From the NCBI GenBank assembly GCA_002497985.1, contig DAFQ01000008.1, forward strand, positions 1 through 41,476: a stretch of DNA of 41,476 bases, read 5' to 3'. This document shows positions 1 through 11,100 of this stretch, piece after piece. A program made the translations under genes and the position numbers. The first letter of the stretch is position 1; each line of letters starts with the position of its first letter. The notes beneath the pieces are model-generated. The model was not told where the DNA came from and ran no database searches. It worked only from the letters and a program-made list of their open reading frames with translations. The stretch comes from Euryarchaeota archaeon UBA4 (lineage in GTDB: Archaea; Thermoplasmatota; Poseidoniia; Poseidoniales; Thalassarchaeaceae).

Positions 1-41
1 TTCAAAAGGGTGCAACATCAGCGGTAAAACGAGGTGTACGT

Positions 42-821
42 TTGAGCGATGAGAATCCCATTCTAAGCGTAGTCGGACTTCATGTGGGAATTGATGGAAA
101 CCCGATACTGAAAGGAATAGACATCACAATACCTTCTGGCGAGATACATGCAATCATGGGACGTAATGGGAGTGGAAAAACGACTACTGCAAACGTCATC
201 ATGGGGCATCCGTCTTACGAAGTCGAGGAAGGTGATGTATTACTGGAGGGGGAAAGCATCCTTGAAATGGAACCTTGGGAAAGATCGAGGGCAGGCGTTT
301 TCCTATCTTTCCAGTACCCCCAGGCAGTACCGGGTCTGCAAGTTGGTAACTTCTTGAGGAAGTCGGTTGGCAGTGTGAGAGGGGAGGATGCAGCCAAGGG
401 TTCGACCTTCAGAGAAGAATTGAAGAGTGCGATGAGTAAACTGAACATGTCATCATCATTCCTTTCCAGATATGTGAATGATGGCTTTAGTGGAGGGGAG
501 AAGAAGCGCTTCGAGGTTCTACAAATGATGCTTCTACGACCTAGGCTTGCAGTCTTGGACGAGACTGATAGCGGATTGGACATTGATGGCATTAGAACGG
601 TGGCAGAAGGAATCAATGATGTCGTCAGGGGGACCGACAATGGGGCACTAATCATAACTCATTACTCTAGGATACTAGAGCACGTTCAGCCCGACAGAAT
701 CCACGTAATGATTGGTGGAAAGATCGTTGCTAGTGGGGGACCGGGATTGGCCACTCTACTGGAGGAGAACGGTTATGACTGGTTAGAACAGAGGGTCGCC
801 GAAGGAGAGGAGTTTGAATGA
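42..821 (+). CDS. sufC: Fe-S cluster assembly ATPase SufC
   Basis: 259 aa. ABC ATPase motifs GRNGSGKTT (Walker A), FSGGEKKR (signature) and [11 protein letters not shown] (Walker B). TTG start. 4-nt overlap with the next gene. Confidence 0.93.
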   Translation: MSDENPILSVVGLHVGIDGNPILKGIDITIPSGEIHAIMGRNGSGKTTTANVIMGHPSYEVEEGDVLLEGESILEMEPWERSRAGVFLSFQYPQAVPGLQVGNFLRKSVGSVRGEDAAKGSTFREELKSAMSKLNMSSSFLSRYVNDGFSGGEKKRFEVLQMMLLRPRLAVLDETDSGLDIDGIRTVAEGINDVVRGTDNGALIITHYSRILEHVQPDRIHVMIGGKIVASGGPGLATLLEENGYDWLEQRVAEGEEFE

Positions 822-2230
822 GTCAATCAAACGAAGCGCGAGAAGCGGTGGGAGACTACAAGGCAGGCTGGCACGACCCCGAGAACTCTACGATAAGATT
901 CGACTTTGGGCTCTCTGAGAAGGTTGTAAGGGACATCTCTGAGCTGAAGAATGAGCCAGAGTGGATGACTGAAATTAGGTTGAAGGCATATCGGCATTTC
1001 ACAGAGAGGCCGATGCCCACATGGGGCAACACAGAAATTCTGGAGGGGATCGACTTTGATAACGTCTGCTACTTCCTAAGGTCGTCAGATGAAACTGGGG
1101 AGTCATGGGATGACGTTCCAGAGGACATCAGAAATACCTTCGAACGTCTTGGAATTCCAGAGGCGGAGCAGAAGTGGCTTTCAGGGGTGACTGCGCAATA
1201 TGAGTCCGAGACTGTTTATCATAGCATCAGAGAGGACTTGGAAAAGCAGGGCGTTATATTCCTGGACATGGACTCTGGACTGAGGGAGCATGAGGACATA
1301 GTGAAACAATACTTTGGGACAGTTGTCCCTCACAGTGACAATAAGTTCTCCGCCTTGAATACAGCTGTTTGGTCAGGCGGTTCTTTCATCTATGTTCCAA
1401 AGGGGGTTAGCGTGGAGATGCCAGTTCAGGCATACTTCAGGATTAACGCAAAGAACATGGGGCAATTCGAGAGGACACTGATAATTGCCGACGAAGGCAG
1501 CAGTATCCATTATGTCGAGGGATGCACGGCTCCAACCTACTCAACGGACTCCCTGCACTCTGCTGTAGTTGAGTTGATTGCCCTCCCTGGTGCCCATATT
1601 AGGTACACAACCGTTCAGAACTGGAGCACGAATGTATACAACCTCGTCACCAAGAGGGGGGTCGCCCACGAGAATTCCAAGATCGAATGGGTAGATGGCA
1701 ATATAGGCAGCAAACTGACCATGAAATATCCAGCTGTTATCCTGAAGGGAGAGGGTGCGCATGCAGAGGTAATTTCTGTTGCATATGCTGGAGAAGGTCA
1801 GCATCAAGATGCGGGGGCAAAGGTCCATCACATCGCGTCCAACACAACAAGCAACATCCTTTCCAAGAGTATCAGTAAAGATGGCGGGAGGGGGTCCTAC
1901 AGAGGGATGGCGAAAGTAATGCCAAAGGCTGAAAACTGCAGAATGAACATTGTTTGCGATGCACTGATTCTAGACGAAGGAAGTAGATCGGATACCTATC
2001 CGACTATGGAAGTGGGGAACGCAAGTGCTCACTGCGAACATGAGGCCAGTGTTTCGAAAGTCGGTGACGAACAGCTATTCTATCTAATGAGCAGGGGCCA
2101 CACCGAGGCTGAGGCCCTAGGGATGATTGTGAATGGTTTCTTTGAGCCTTTCACGAAGGAGCTCCCAATGGAGTACGCTGTGGAGTTGAACAAGCTAATG
2201 GCACTTGAGATGGAAGGAAGCATAGGCTGA
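818..2230 (+). CDS. sufB: Fe-S cluster assembly scaffold SufB
   Basis: 470 aa. SufB-like sequence throughout, including the C-terminal [12 protein letters not shown] motif. ATGA overlap with sufC and followed by sufD. Confidence 0.93.
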   Translation: MSQSNEAREAVGDYKAGWHDPENSTIRFDFGLSEKVVRDISELKNEPEWMTEIRLKAYRHFTERPMPTWGNTEILEGIDFDNVCYFLRSSDETGESWDDVPEDIRNTFERLGIPEAEQKWLSGVTAQYESETVYHSIREDLEKQGVIFLDMDSGLREHEDIVKQYFGTVVPHSDNKFSALNTAVWSGGSFIYVPKGVSVEMPVQAYFRINAKNMGQFERTLIIADEGSSIHYVEGCTAPTYSTDSLHSAVVELIALPGAHIRYTTVQNWSTNVYNLVTKRGVAHENSKIEWVDGNIGSKLTMKYPAVILKGEGAHAEVISVAYAGEGQHQDAGAKVHHIASNTTSNILSKSISKDGGRGSYRGMAKVMPKAENCRMNIVCDALILDEGSRSDTYPTMEVGNASAHCEHEASVSKVGDEQLFYLMSRGHTEAEALGMIVNGFFEPFTKELPMEYAVELNKLMALEMEGSIG

Positions 2231-2238
2231 GTGGCTCC

Positions 2239-3342
2239 ATGGACCCGGCTTCCGAATATTTGTCCCTAGGGGAGCCCGATAGGGCAGTGCATCTTTGGAG
2301 ATACACTCCTTGGAGGAAAGTTCACCCTACTGGCAATATTTCAGAAATTCCAGAAGAAGTCAGTCCGCCACAGCTGAATCTGTCCTGTATTGATGGAGAA
2401 GTTCCAGAAGGAGTGAGGCTCATTCAGGGTTCGGAGGGCGTCGATGGGCTACCAGACTCAGACTCCACAACCTCCAGCTTCATGAATGCGATAACGGCGA
2501 ACTCCACTTGGACAGTAGAGGTTGACTCTGGATTTAATCCTGGTAAGACCGTGGTTCTGGAGATAAATACGGATTCTCCAATCTCTGCGGTTCACATATG
2601 CATGAAAGTAGGGATGCACTCAGATTTCGAATTTGTGACCATAGTCAAGGGTGATTGCGAATGGCTGGGACTACTAAGAACGGGATGCACGGGAGAGGGC
2701 TCAATAACCAATGACGTGGTTGTTAACCTACTTGAGAGAGGGACCCTTCTCCGAGTGGATTCAATACATATCGACAGGGATTCACAGGTAGTTGCTGGAA
2801 CTATCTCCTCAGGGTCCGAAATGACCAAGTCTGACCTTAGATACAGGATGGGGCAACCCGGTGGAAACCTGAATGTCCTAGGCTCGATACTTTCGGCTGA
2901 AGAAATGATACTAGATCACCACATAGAGATTCATCATGATGCTCCAGAAACTTTCAGCAGACTTGATTGGCACTCCGCTTGCGGTGGAAAGAGTAAGACT
3001 GTCGGCACAGGGATGCTCAAAGTTTCAGAGGGTTCCAGGGGGGCTGATGCTGCCCAATTGTTCCAAAACTTGCTCCTGTCGGAAAATGCGCAAGCTGATT
3101 CAATCCCCGAGCTAGAGGTCACAGAGAATGAGGTTGTTGGTTGTGGTCACGGAACAGCCAGTGGGCCCGTGGATGAAGACCAGCTATTCTACTTGGGAAC
3201 GAGAGGGCTGTCTTCTGAACAGGCCAAGAGTATGTTAGTCGCGGCTTTCCTAAATTCGACCCTTTCTGAGATGGGGAGTATGGAAATGCACAATTGGCTC
3301 GTGGAAATGCTGTCTGAAGACCTGGATGCGCTAGGTATCTAA
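2239..3342 (+). CDS. sufD: Fe-S cluster assembly protein SufD
   Basis: 367 aa. SufB/D-family C-terminal region (DEDQLFYLGTRGL parallels the SufB motif). Third gene of a sufCBD string. Confidence 0.85.
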   Translation: MDPASEYLSLGEPDRAVHLWRYTPWRKVHPTGNISEIPEEVSPPQLNLSCIDGEVPEGVRLIQGSEGVDGLPDSDSTTSSFMNAITANSTWTVEVDSGFNPGKTVVLEINTDSPISAVHICMKVGMHSDFEFVTIVKGDCEWLGLLRTGCTGEGSITNDVVVNLLERGTLLRVDSIHIDRDSQVVAGTISSGSEMTKSDLRYRMGQPGGNLNVLGSILSAEEMILDHHIEIHHDAPETFSRLDWHSACGGKSKTVGTGMLKVSEGSRGADAAQLFQNLLLSENAQADSIPELEVTENEVVGCGHGTASGPVDEDQLFYLGTRGLSSEQAKSMLVAAFLNSTLSEMGSMEMHNWLVEMLSEDLDALGI

Positions 3343-4118
3343 CCGGATCTGTCCCTGTAAGATGAAACCAAGGATGTCACCAAAATTCCTGAAGCAGCGC
3401 CGAATGCCATTCCTTGGGACTCCAGTCCACTACCGGCCAAGTCCCTGAATGCGAGAGTCATTACCGTAGTCATTGGAATAACAAAGATTGCGAACCTGGT
3501 GGCCCAAATTCGTGGCGTTGGTGCGACGCCCATCGGCCTCAGTGTTACTGAGCTGGATTTCTGAATTACTTGCCAATTGACCCTTTCGGCATCGATTCTT
3601 AGCCTCTGTAAAACGGCGGGCCGGACTCCTGGATCAGAGGTACTGGTTGAGTTCTGATTGGACTTTCCGGTGATTATCTTGACTCTCTTCAAGTCCTGGC
3701 GCCTTTCAACTAGCCTCTCGGCAACGGCAGCGGCAGATGGGGCATCCAAGCCATGGAGATCTACGACTAGAACTCCTCTATCCCTCCTAATTTTTTCAGC
3801 TACTGACCAGCCCCCCATTTCTTGGGAGGGCCTTTCTTCAATTGGCGATAGTATTGCTTTCAGTCTATGCAATTCCTCCATTCTCTCGGCATCTCTATCC
3901 TTGGTAGTACTCGCCATCTCATTTACCCTATAGACTCCAAAAATTGCTATCATGATGGCAGCAGATGCACCGATGACAAAACCGGACCTTAATGATGGAA
4001 GAACTTCGGGTTCATCTAATCCACTAGCAAAAATCGCAATGAAAGTTACCATCGTTGAAACCATCAATCCCGCGACTATGGAGATGGAGATGACGTCACG
4101 AATCCTGACCTCTGCCAT
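3339..4118 (-). CDS. Membrane protein with central Smr (small MutS-related) domain
   Basis: ORF 3339..4160 starts with TTG; an ATG at 4118 is preferred because it leaves promoter space. Two predicted N-terminal and two C-terminal hydrophobic helices flank VLVVDLHGLD...RVKIITGKSNQNS, which matches the Smr DLHG and (I/V)TGxG motifs at about 3534..3776. Confidence 0.6.
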   Translation of the reverse strand: MAEVRIRDVISISIVAGLMVSTMVTFIAIFASGLDEPEVLPSLRSGFVIGASAAIMIAIFGVYRVNEMASTTKDRDAERMEELHRLKAILSPIEERPSQEMGGWSVAEKIRRDRGVLVVDLHGLDAPSAAAVAERLVERRQDLKRVKIITGKSNQNSTSTSDPGVRPAVLQRLRIDAERVNWQVIQKSSSVTLRPMGVAPTPRIWATRFAIFVIPMTTVMTLAFRDLAGSGLESQGMAFGAASGILVTSLVSSYRDRSG

Positions 4119-4199
4119 GTAACGCCCAAGCGGCCCCCACTCAAGAGGTCGAGGGTCCAAAGGGCAAGATTCAACTTTGGATTGCCGCGTCTAGCAAAC

Positions 4200-4946
4200 A
4201 TGGGCCCCGAGAGGAACGGCAGGGGCGATAGATTCAGAGAGATCAAAATTTCCAAGATCTTGGCTGGTGTCGGGGGAGGATACCTCCTACTTTGCTTCCT
4301 CTCTCCGCTAGCGATGCCGGAGGGGACAGTTCCCGAACTTTCGGGACGAGCAAATGCATTTGACTATTCAACGGAAAATAGTTGGGGCAATACGAATGGG
4401 GGGGATCATGACGGAATGGGCCACGACCAGTCTGAACATGGGGGACTCTTTGCGTGGTCGGAACTCAACCCGGTATTCGCATTTACGTATGCCTTCGGCG
4501 ATCTAAATTGCCATCAGAAGCATGAGAGGTCGTGGGTGATAAATGGAAATCAGATGCCAGTCTGCGTTAGGGACATTGGAATATTCTTTGGCTTCGTTAT
4601 TGGTGCTGTATTGTTCGGCTCGAGGGGACTAAACCGATGGACAATAAGGGACTCTTTCCTATCTGTATTTCCAGATGATGTTCTGGAATCAACATATGCG
4701 AACGACTACAGAATGAGAAATATGGTGTTGATCGTTGGATTGGGCATCATTCCAATGGCGATAGATGGTTTCACGCAACTGGGTACTGATTACGAATCAA
4801 CCAATCCCATGAGGTTGGTTACTGGGATATTATCGGGATTGGTCATTGGGTGGTTTGTTAGTGCCGCACTTTGCGCTAGATCGAGTGGTTTCGAAGGGGC
4901 CTCGTCGGTAATTCTCCCCGGTGGCACTAAGCTAATTCAGAAGTGA
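4200..4946 (+). CDS. DUF2085-family membrane protein
   Basis: ORF 4182..4946 has a TTG start, with an ATG at 4200. The CHQKHERSW...MPVCVRDIGIFFG pattern resembles the DUF2085 signature (CHQ...RSF...PVCARCTGIY). Several hydrophobic helices. Confidence 0.6.
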   Translation: MGPERNGRGDRFREIKISKILAGVGGGYLLLCFLSPLAMPEGTVPELSGRANAFDYSTENSWGNTNGGDHDGMGHDQSEHGGLFAWSELNPVFAFTYAFGDLNCHQKHERSWVINGNQMPVCVRDIGIFFGFVIGAVLFGSRGLNRWTIRDSFLSVFPDDVLESTYANDYRMRNMVLIVGLGIIPMAIDGFTQLGTDYESTNPMRLVTGILSGLVIGWFVSAALCARSSGFEGASSVILPGGTKLIQK

Positions 4947-4949
4947 TAT

Positions 4950-6290
4950 CTAAGCCTTCATCCACCAGTTTACCAGGTCTCCTGAATTCTCCGGGATTTC
5001 GTGTGATTCACTTCCACTTCCGAGAATCTTTAACCTCTCCATGACTGATTTTACAGCTGCCGGGCACTTACCTGACTTGACAATCTGGCCCATGGAAAAG
5101 CGCAAATGTGTTTTTGGGTTTTCCTTCCTCCACCTGATTATTTCCTCCCTTAGTGGCCATATTGCTATCGAAAGTAGTCCCATAGAACGTATTTCGTCCC
5201 TTAATTGTGACCTAGGGGCCTCCCTCCCAATCAGGGAACGATGCTGGTGAATCCAACCCAGCCTCTCATGCAGGTACTTGACAATCGTCTGCGTGTGCCT
5301 CTCAGTGACTGTCCTTACTGGGCCTAGGGAACGGCGCAGCTCTCTGATGTCAGCGGATCCCATTAGTGAAAGTGTGCCAAGCACTGATGAAATTGAATGG
5401 GAAAGAACGTGGTTTGGAACGTATACCCTTTCTCCCTCCGCAATGGAGTCGATTGATGACTTGTGCTCCTCCTGACATTCATTGATTACTTTCCAAGGGG
5501 CCTTCTTGGAAAGCCAATGCTCCTTCGAACTAGTTGGCTCAACACCAAGCCCCTCGAGTGTGGACTGCCCCTTGGAGTTCCTAATCAGCCTCCTGAGCAA
5601 GTTCCTATCTACTATCTCGACATCTACGTTTACGGGAGTTGGTCGGGAATGAAGAAATCTCCTTATTGCGGCCTTAAGTTGGCTCTTGAATTCATCCTCG
5701 GACCCTTCATTTAGAATAGGTCCGATAATTCCCCCCATATCGAATGGTACGGGCATTTCCGTTTCTCCTGACAGGAGTTTTCTGTAGCCATCTCTGATTT
5801 CTCTCTGCAATTCAGTGGTCTCAAAGTATTCTTCTTTGTTGGAGTGGGCCCTTAGAGTCCCGCTCTTGATTCTTCTCAATGCGACATCGGGATCGCAGTC
5901 CACCCAGATGCACAGGTCCGGAACAAGGGCGGCTGAGTTCATGTGGGCGACGCGGTCTACTCCAGCCCCCCCTACGAGACCCTGATAGACGAGTGAAGAG
6001 TGAATGTTCCTCTCGCTGACGACCGCCTTGCCTTGTTCAAGTCGCGGCAGTATCCAACCATGGGAATGGTCGACCCTGTCGGCAGCGAACAAACCGGCCT
6101 CCTCATCGGGCGACATTTTCTTCTCCCGGACCGCATCAATTGCAAGTCTCCCAAGTGGGTGCTCCCTTCTTGGCTCCCCGGTAATCTCGACCGAAACAAA
6201 GGGGAACTCCCTCCTCATTACATCGGAAACGACTCGGGTTGCTAGGCCCTTCCCGCTGCCATCTCCGCCCTCTATCGTGATCAGGTACAT
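4950..6290 (-). CDS. Thymidylate kinase-like protein with about 240-aa uncharacterised C-terminal domain
   Basis: 446 aa. N-terminal MYLITIEGGDGSGKG P-loop, LFAADRVDH and SERNIHSSLVYQG (the DRY..SS.AYQG equivalent) are Tmk-like over about 200 aa. I recognise nothing in the remaining about 240 aa. Confidence 0.65.
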   Translation of the reverse strand: MYLITIEGGDGSGKGLATRVVSDVMRREFPFVSVEITGEPRREHPLGRLAIDAVREKKMSPDEEAGLFAADRVDHSHGWILPRLEQGKAVVSERNIHSSLVYQGLVGGAGVDRVAHMNSAALVPDLCIWVDCDPDVALRRIKSGTLRAHSNKEEYFETTELQREIRDGYRKLLSGETEMPVPFDMGGIIGPILNEGSEDEFKSQLKAAIRRFLHSRPTPVNVDVEIVDRNLLRRLIRNSKGQSTLEGLGVEPTSSKEHWLSKKAPWKVINECQEEHKSSIDSIAEGERVYVPNHVLSHSISSVLGTLSLMGSADIRELRRSLGPVRTVTERHTQTIVKYLHERLGWIHQHRSLIGREAPRSQLRDEIRSMGLLSIAIWPLREEIIRWRKENPKTHLRFSMGQIVKSGKCPAAVKSVMERLKILGSGSESHEIPENSGDLVNWWMKA

Positions 6291-6296
6291 GTGGCC

Positions 6297-7052
6297 TCAC
6301 TCTTCCTTCGAATGCACGTCGTAGAACTGATTTCTGGAAAGGCTCACAAGGCCCATTCCAGACAATATCATCAGTGGACCGATGAACATCATGCCCCTAC
6401 TCCAGAGTCCAATGAAGGAAAGCCACCATGTTCTCCTGTAACTGAGGCCTTTTCTCGCCTCAACGGAACCAGCAAAACCAGCCAATCCGGAAAATAAGGT
6501 CAAGAGGGCCACCAATGTTCCGATCAAAACTGACTCCCCCAGATGGCTATCTCCCCTAATATCAGAAGTTTCAATCCCTTCTCCTTGAGTGAGTGTGACT
6601 GATATTTGGGAGTAGTCACCTGGAATCAGCAATATGCGAATTGTTACATTACCAGGGTGGGCGACTTCCAGCGTCGAAGATCTGCGAGGTAGATCTGTGA
6701 TAGAGAACCTGCCTCCTGAGTCAGTCACATCACTTCCAATTTCTATCCCCAGGTCGTCAAGAATTATCACCTCTACGCCGCCTGCTGGATCTGCTCCGGT
6801 AGTGTTGTCGACTAAAGCAGTGGTAACTATGCCGTTAACATCTGCTTGTGCCCCGGAGTCGTCTATTTCCCCTGACAGGATATCACTGACATTGCCGGAA
6901 ATTAACATAATTCCAACGATGACGCCAAGGATGCTCCCCAATGCAATAAGAAAGGCGCCGAGATTACGAGTTGCTGAGTCGGTTGAAAGATCGGAGAGCC
7001 ATAATTCCATTCCGGATCTTCTATCGATTTCTTCCTCAAATTCGTCACTCAT
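6297..7052 (-). CDS. Membrane protein with carboxypeptidase-regulatory-like beta-sandwich loop
   Basis: The ORF extends to 7148, but the ATG at 7052 gives an ATGAGTGA-type 8-nt overlap with the upstream stop. One TM helix, then GGVEVIILDD...SGGRFSITDLP...LEVAHPG (CarboxypepD_reg-like), then about 3 C-terminal TM helices. Confidence 0.5.
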   Translation of the reverse strand: MSDEFEEEIDRRSGMELWLSDLSTDSATRNLGAFLIALGSILGVIVGIMLISGNVSDILSGEIDDSGAQADVNGIVTTALVDNTTGADPAGGVEVIILDDLGIEIGSDVTDSGGRFSITDLPRRSSTLEVAHPGNVTIRILLIPGDYSQISVTLTQGEGIETSDIRGDSHLGESVLIGTLVALLTLFSGLAGFAGSVEARKGLSYRRTWWLSFIGLWSRGMMFIGPLMILSGMGLVSLSRNQFYDVHSKEE

Positions 7053-8064
7053 TGTCAACAAGCCCCCTTCGTTGCGTGGCCGGTGTGGTGCTAGGCTGTT
7101 CATCATGCCGATTATTGGAATCTTCCCCGCCCCCACCCTTCGAGGCATTTATCCTGAATATTGTGATGCATGCCAACGCGAACAGTAGGAGAGGCCAGTT
7201 GTCTAAGATTCCCTTTTCAGTGGGGCAGGATGAGTTGCAGGAAATTTCATCCCTATCGAAAAACATGGGCAGTTCAACCAAATACATTGAGGTCCAATTC
7301 TTGCCGGTAATCCAGAATTCCGAGGATTCCTTATGGGCAATTCCATTCAAGACATTATTGTGTTCGTCTCCATTCTGCGAGGAAAGTTCTGATAAGTCAT
7401 ACTCCCTCAATACATTACCCGTAATTGTGTCAATCATCAGGATCCTGTCTTCCTGCCATACATTTGCAAAAACACTCTGGCCCGATGGCGTGGTAACGCA
7501 CTCTAGCTCGTTTATCATTTCCACCTGATTTCCAGAATAGTCAGTGACAGTGACTGTGCGGTGTATTTCGAATGTTTCCGGGTCTCTGAATGAGAGTGAA
7601 GATGATCCATTGGACATCACCAAACTTGACCCATCGAAACAGAGCCCCCATCCTTCACCGTCGTAAGACAAATTATGAACAATGCTGAATGTTTCTTTAT
7701 CGAAAACTAGAGCTGTCTGATTTTGCCATGTGAGCATGATAATATTCTCCCCAACAACTGCTATTCCCTCTCCGAAAAGAGATGTTTCTAAACTTGAAAA
7801 CCTAATGACCTCTCCCGACTCTGGGTCCACTTCCCTGAGGGTTGATTCCCCGAAAAGTCCAGTACTCTCGAACATTCTCCCTCCATCCATCTCGAGCCCC
7901 TGTGTGAACGCCTCTGAATCATGAGAGACCTCGGCAATAACAACAACTTCTACCTCAATTTTTTCGTCCTCTGCGACGGCCCCCAATGGTGAGGCGAATA
8001 CAGACATGATGAGCACAAATACAAGCAGGACCGGCCGGATACGAGGTCGGCCCGCGTGACTCAT
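7045..8064 (-). CDS. Glutaminyl-peptide cyclotransferase (beta-propeller, plant/bacterial type), signal peptide plus C-terminal TM anchor
   Basis: The ORF track extends to 8631, but family similarity begins after the ATG at 8064 (MSHAGRPRIRPVLLVFVLIMSVFA signal). Motifs FTQGLE, ESTGLFGES, LTWQ, GEGWGL, NELE and ANVW match the glutamine cyclotransferase family. Confidence 0.8.
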   Translation of the reverse strand: MSHAGRPRIRPVLLVFVLIMSVFASPLGAVAEDEKIEVEVVVIAEVSHDSEAFTQGLEMDGGRMFESTGLFGESTLREVDPESGEVIRFSSLETSLFGEGIAVVGENIIMLTWQNQTALVFDKETFSIVHNLSYDGEGWGLCFDGSSLVMSNGSSSLSFRDPETFEIHRTVTVTDYSGNQVEMINELECVTTPSGQSVFANVWQEDRILMIDTITGNVLREYDLSELSSQNGDEHNNVLNGIAHKESSEFWITGKNWTSMYLVELPMFFDRDEISCNSSCPTEKGILDNWPLLLFALACITIFRINASKGGGGEDSNNRHDEQPSTTPATQRRGLVDNE

Positions 8065-8143
8065 GTACGAACGATGCTCCATCGATGTTAAAATACGTCT
8101 TAGGACCGATGGATACTGGATACAACACGGAGTGTTGAGGGAT
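8065..8143. promoter_or_regulatory. Divergent promoter spacer between cyclotransferase and metalloprotease genes
   Basis: 79-bp spacer between two divergent ATG starts. TATA-like TTAAAATA at 8088..8095. Confidence 0.35.
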
Positions 8144-11100
8144 ATGGGCCGGAAAAACAGCAATGCGTCCTCTTCGGCGGTCATGATTGTTTCAGTGATG
8201 CTGCTAGCCGGCCTCTCGCCACTCGTATCTGCGATTCCTGTAGAGGAGGTCCCAGTAAGCATCGAAATCACCGGCGACCTATCGGATTTCGTCCCCCCTA
8301 TTGAGGGCAAGCAATACATGTTTGCCGGGGACGATGAGCCAGTATTCTCAGCTACTGGATTCCTGAAGAGGCAATGGGTCGAGGAGGGATACCCAGGAGT
8401 GGTCCTACCATTCTCCCAAGCATACCAAAATTCCAGACACTCAGTCAGAAGTTGCGAAGATGCATGGAGCCAGGGCGATACCGATACCATTTCCACGGCC
8501 AGTGGAACTATTTCCGCCACTGTACAGAAGGTTTCGACGAACTCCGTGGTTTTCGTCGAGGACGGAGAGATCGTTCCGTCGACCACCCTGAACGACATTA
8601 CCTCAACATGGGAATCGACTATTTTCCCCACCGATACAAACTATTTCGGAACACCTCCCGATGTCGACAATAACTGTCAGGTAGAGATTGTTATTCTGGC
8701 CATAGACGGTGCTGCATCAGTAGGAGGTTACTTCATCCCTGGACTGGCATCGACAAGGGAGGCGGTCTTCGTAGATGTTGATGACCTCAGTTGGAGGAAC
8801 ACCATCCTAGCGCATGAGTTCCAGCATCTTCTCCATAACGCCAGGGATCCATTCGAATTCATCTGGATAGATGAAGGGGCTGCCGATATGGCTGCCTACC
8901 TCTGCTTTGGTGTGACGAGTACTCTAACTGGTCATGCTAACGAGTGGTCTCAGAATTCGAACATGAGCGTGAGATGGTGGAACCAAAGAATTGCGGATTA
9001 CGGTGCCGGATTCATGTTCATGATGTACCTAGCTGACAAGCTTGGAGGTGGGGCCGCAATAAGGAGCCTCGTTGCAGACACTGCTACTGGTGGGACCGGT
9101 ATCGAAAACCTAGCCAGCAGCCCCGAGCCTGGTTCAACTTCAATTGGCACCACAATGAGTGACATATTCGCCAACTTTTCCATGGCCGTTTCGATTGATA
9201 GCGCACAAGGCGCATTTGGTTTCTCCAATCTAGACTTGACTGCTGGATGCATTGCTGCTTCAATCTGCAGAGTTCAGATGAGTGGTTTCAATGACCAGTG
9301 GGTAAACTCCTGGTCTAGCCCAAGCCAATCTGTGGAGGGCTGGGGGATTAGGGCCTACAAGTTCAACCAAGGTTCTGGGGCTCCCCTGAACCTGATGGTT
9401 CAACCAACGCAATTCGGTTTTGAAGGGGCTGTCCTCTCTCGTGACTCTGCAACTGGGAGTTGGTCTATGAGCAGGCTCAGAGTTGACCCTGCGTCAGGTG
9501 CAGCAACAGGACTAGTTCACGGATTCGGGAACACTACTGACGAAGTATGGCTCACTACTTGGTTCGAGTCGGCAGTAGATGACTGTGACTACAATTACAT
9601 GACCTGTGGGATTACCACTGGAAGTTATCCCTCGGCATCTGTAGTGGTGCAGGCAGAATTGATCACCGATCCCGCTGAAGTTTCGATAAATACCATTGAT
9701 TCTTTTGACAGGGATGGCAACGGCGTCGATGACAGCGTTGAGTTGAACTTGGACATAGTTTCCAATGCGTTCTTTGAAGTTCTGGAGGTTTCTGTTGATG
9801 CGTTTGTGAATAACACCCTGGTTGACAACCTAGTTTTCTCTGCGACGGCGGGAAACAGCATCCCTACTGAGAAAACCATTTGGTTCACGCCCCCTTACAC
9901 GGGGGATTGGACATTTGGGATCAGCATCAGTGACGTGACTGGGGCTTTGGTCGACCAGGCCTTCGCCCTTCCTGTGGAATTGGCCAATATGGAACCAGTG
10001 GCCTCTGGATCAATTTCTACAAATCTAACCCAAACTTGGCTACCAGTCAATATGTTTGGTTCTGGTTATGACGAATGGGGCTTCGGACAGTTGAATGGAA
10101 CTTTCTCGCACAATGAAACCCCGGTGGGGTACTTCTGGGACCTTGGGGACAACATTTCCTCGGGACTGAAAAATCCAGTACATCCGTACGTTAATCCTGG
10201 AGAATATACAATTGTGCTGACTGTAATGGATCAGGGCGGGTACTTCTCTGAGAGCCAATCCTGGGACGTGATTGTTCAAGATACGTCCGACCCAATCCCC
10301 GAAATCTCAGTTGATGGGGTAGTGGTCACAGACGAACTAGTGCTCCTGACAAACCAACAGGTTGAGTTCTCAGCCAGAGGGACTACGGACAACCTCCCAA
10401 TTGATGAATTGGAGTTCAGCTGGGACTGGGGCGATGGGGAGGGCGTTTCAGGAATTGGGCTCGCAGAATCCAGTCATTCATGGGTGGATGGGAGTGCCGA
10501 TGGAATCGTCTACACTCTGACGCTCGCGGTTAGCGATGGCATACACGAGGTTGAGCACTCTGTTTTCATCAGAGTTCTGAACAGACTTCCAAAGCTAGTT
10601 TTCGATGACCCTCTGGAGACTTTCACCCTAACTCCGCTGGAAATGCCCGAGGTATTCACGGACAGTGACGGCATGATTGTAGAGTACAACTGGCAATTTG
10701 AGGGCGGAGTTAACCTAGATGGGGGTGGAATGTCCCTTACATCGGACTTCTCGTCCACTGAATCCAGCCTGAGCAATCCGATAGTTGGATGGAGGGATCC
10801 GGGGCCGAAAACTGTGACTCTGGAAGTCACCGATGACGATGGAAACTCTTCATTCACGACAATAGTGGTTAACGTCCTCAATCAAAGGCCTGTTGCCGTT
10901 TTCTCTAGGCCGTCTGATGGAACGGTGGATACAACATACACATTCACTAGTCTTTCATTTGACCCCGATGGCGACACATCCCTGTTATCCACATCATGGA
11001 ATATCTCTGATCTAGATGGTCCAATATTGAATGCAAGCTCAGTTAGTCACACTTTCCTAAGCCCTGGGCTCTACACCGTGAGCCTTACAGTTACAGACGA

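Noticed and set aside
6634-7528. Plus-strand ORFs 6634..7188 (184 aa) and 6971..7528 (185 aa)
   Set aside because: They are antisense to the membrane protein and cyclotransferase genes, which have clear family or topology signals. Their composition is biased and no motifs are present.
8065-8631. 5' extension of the minus-strand ORF 7045..8631 (189 extra residues upstream of the cyclotransferase signal peptide)
   Set aside because: The extension is antisense to the start of the metalloprotease gene and has no family similarity. A clean signal peptide begins at the internal ATG at 8064. It is an ORF-track artefact of an open antisense frame.
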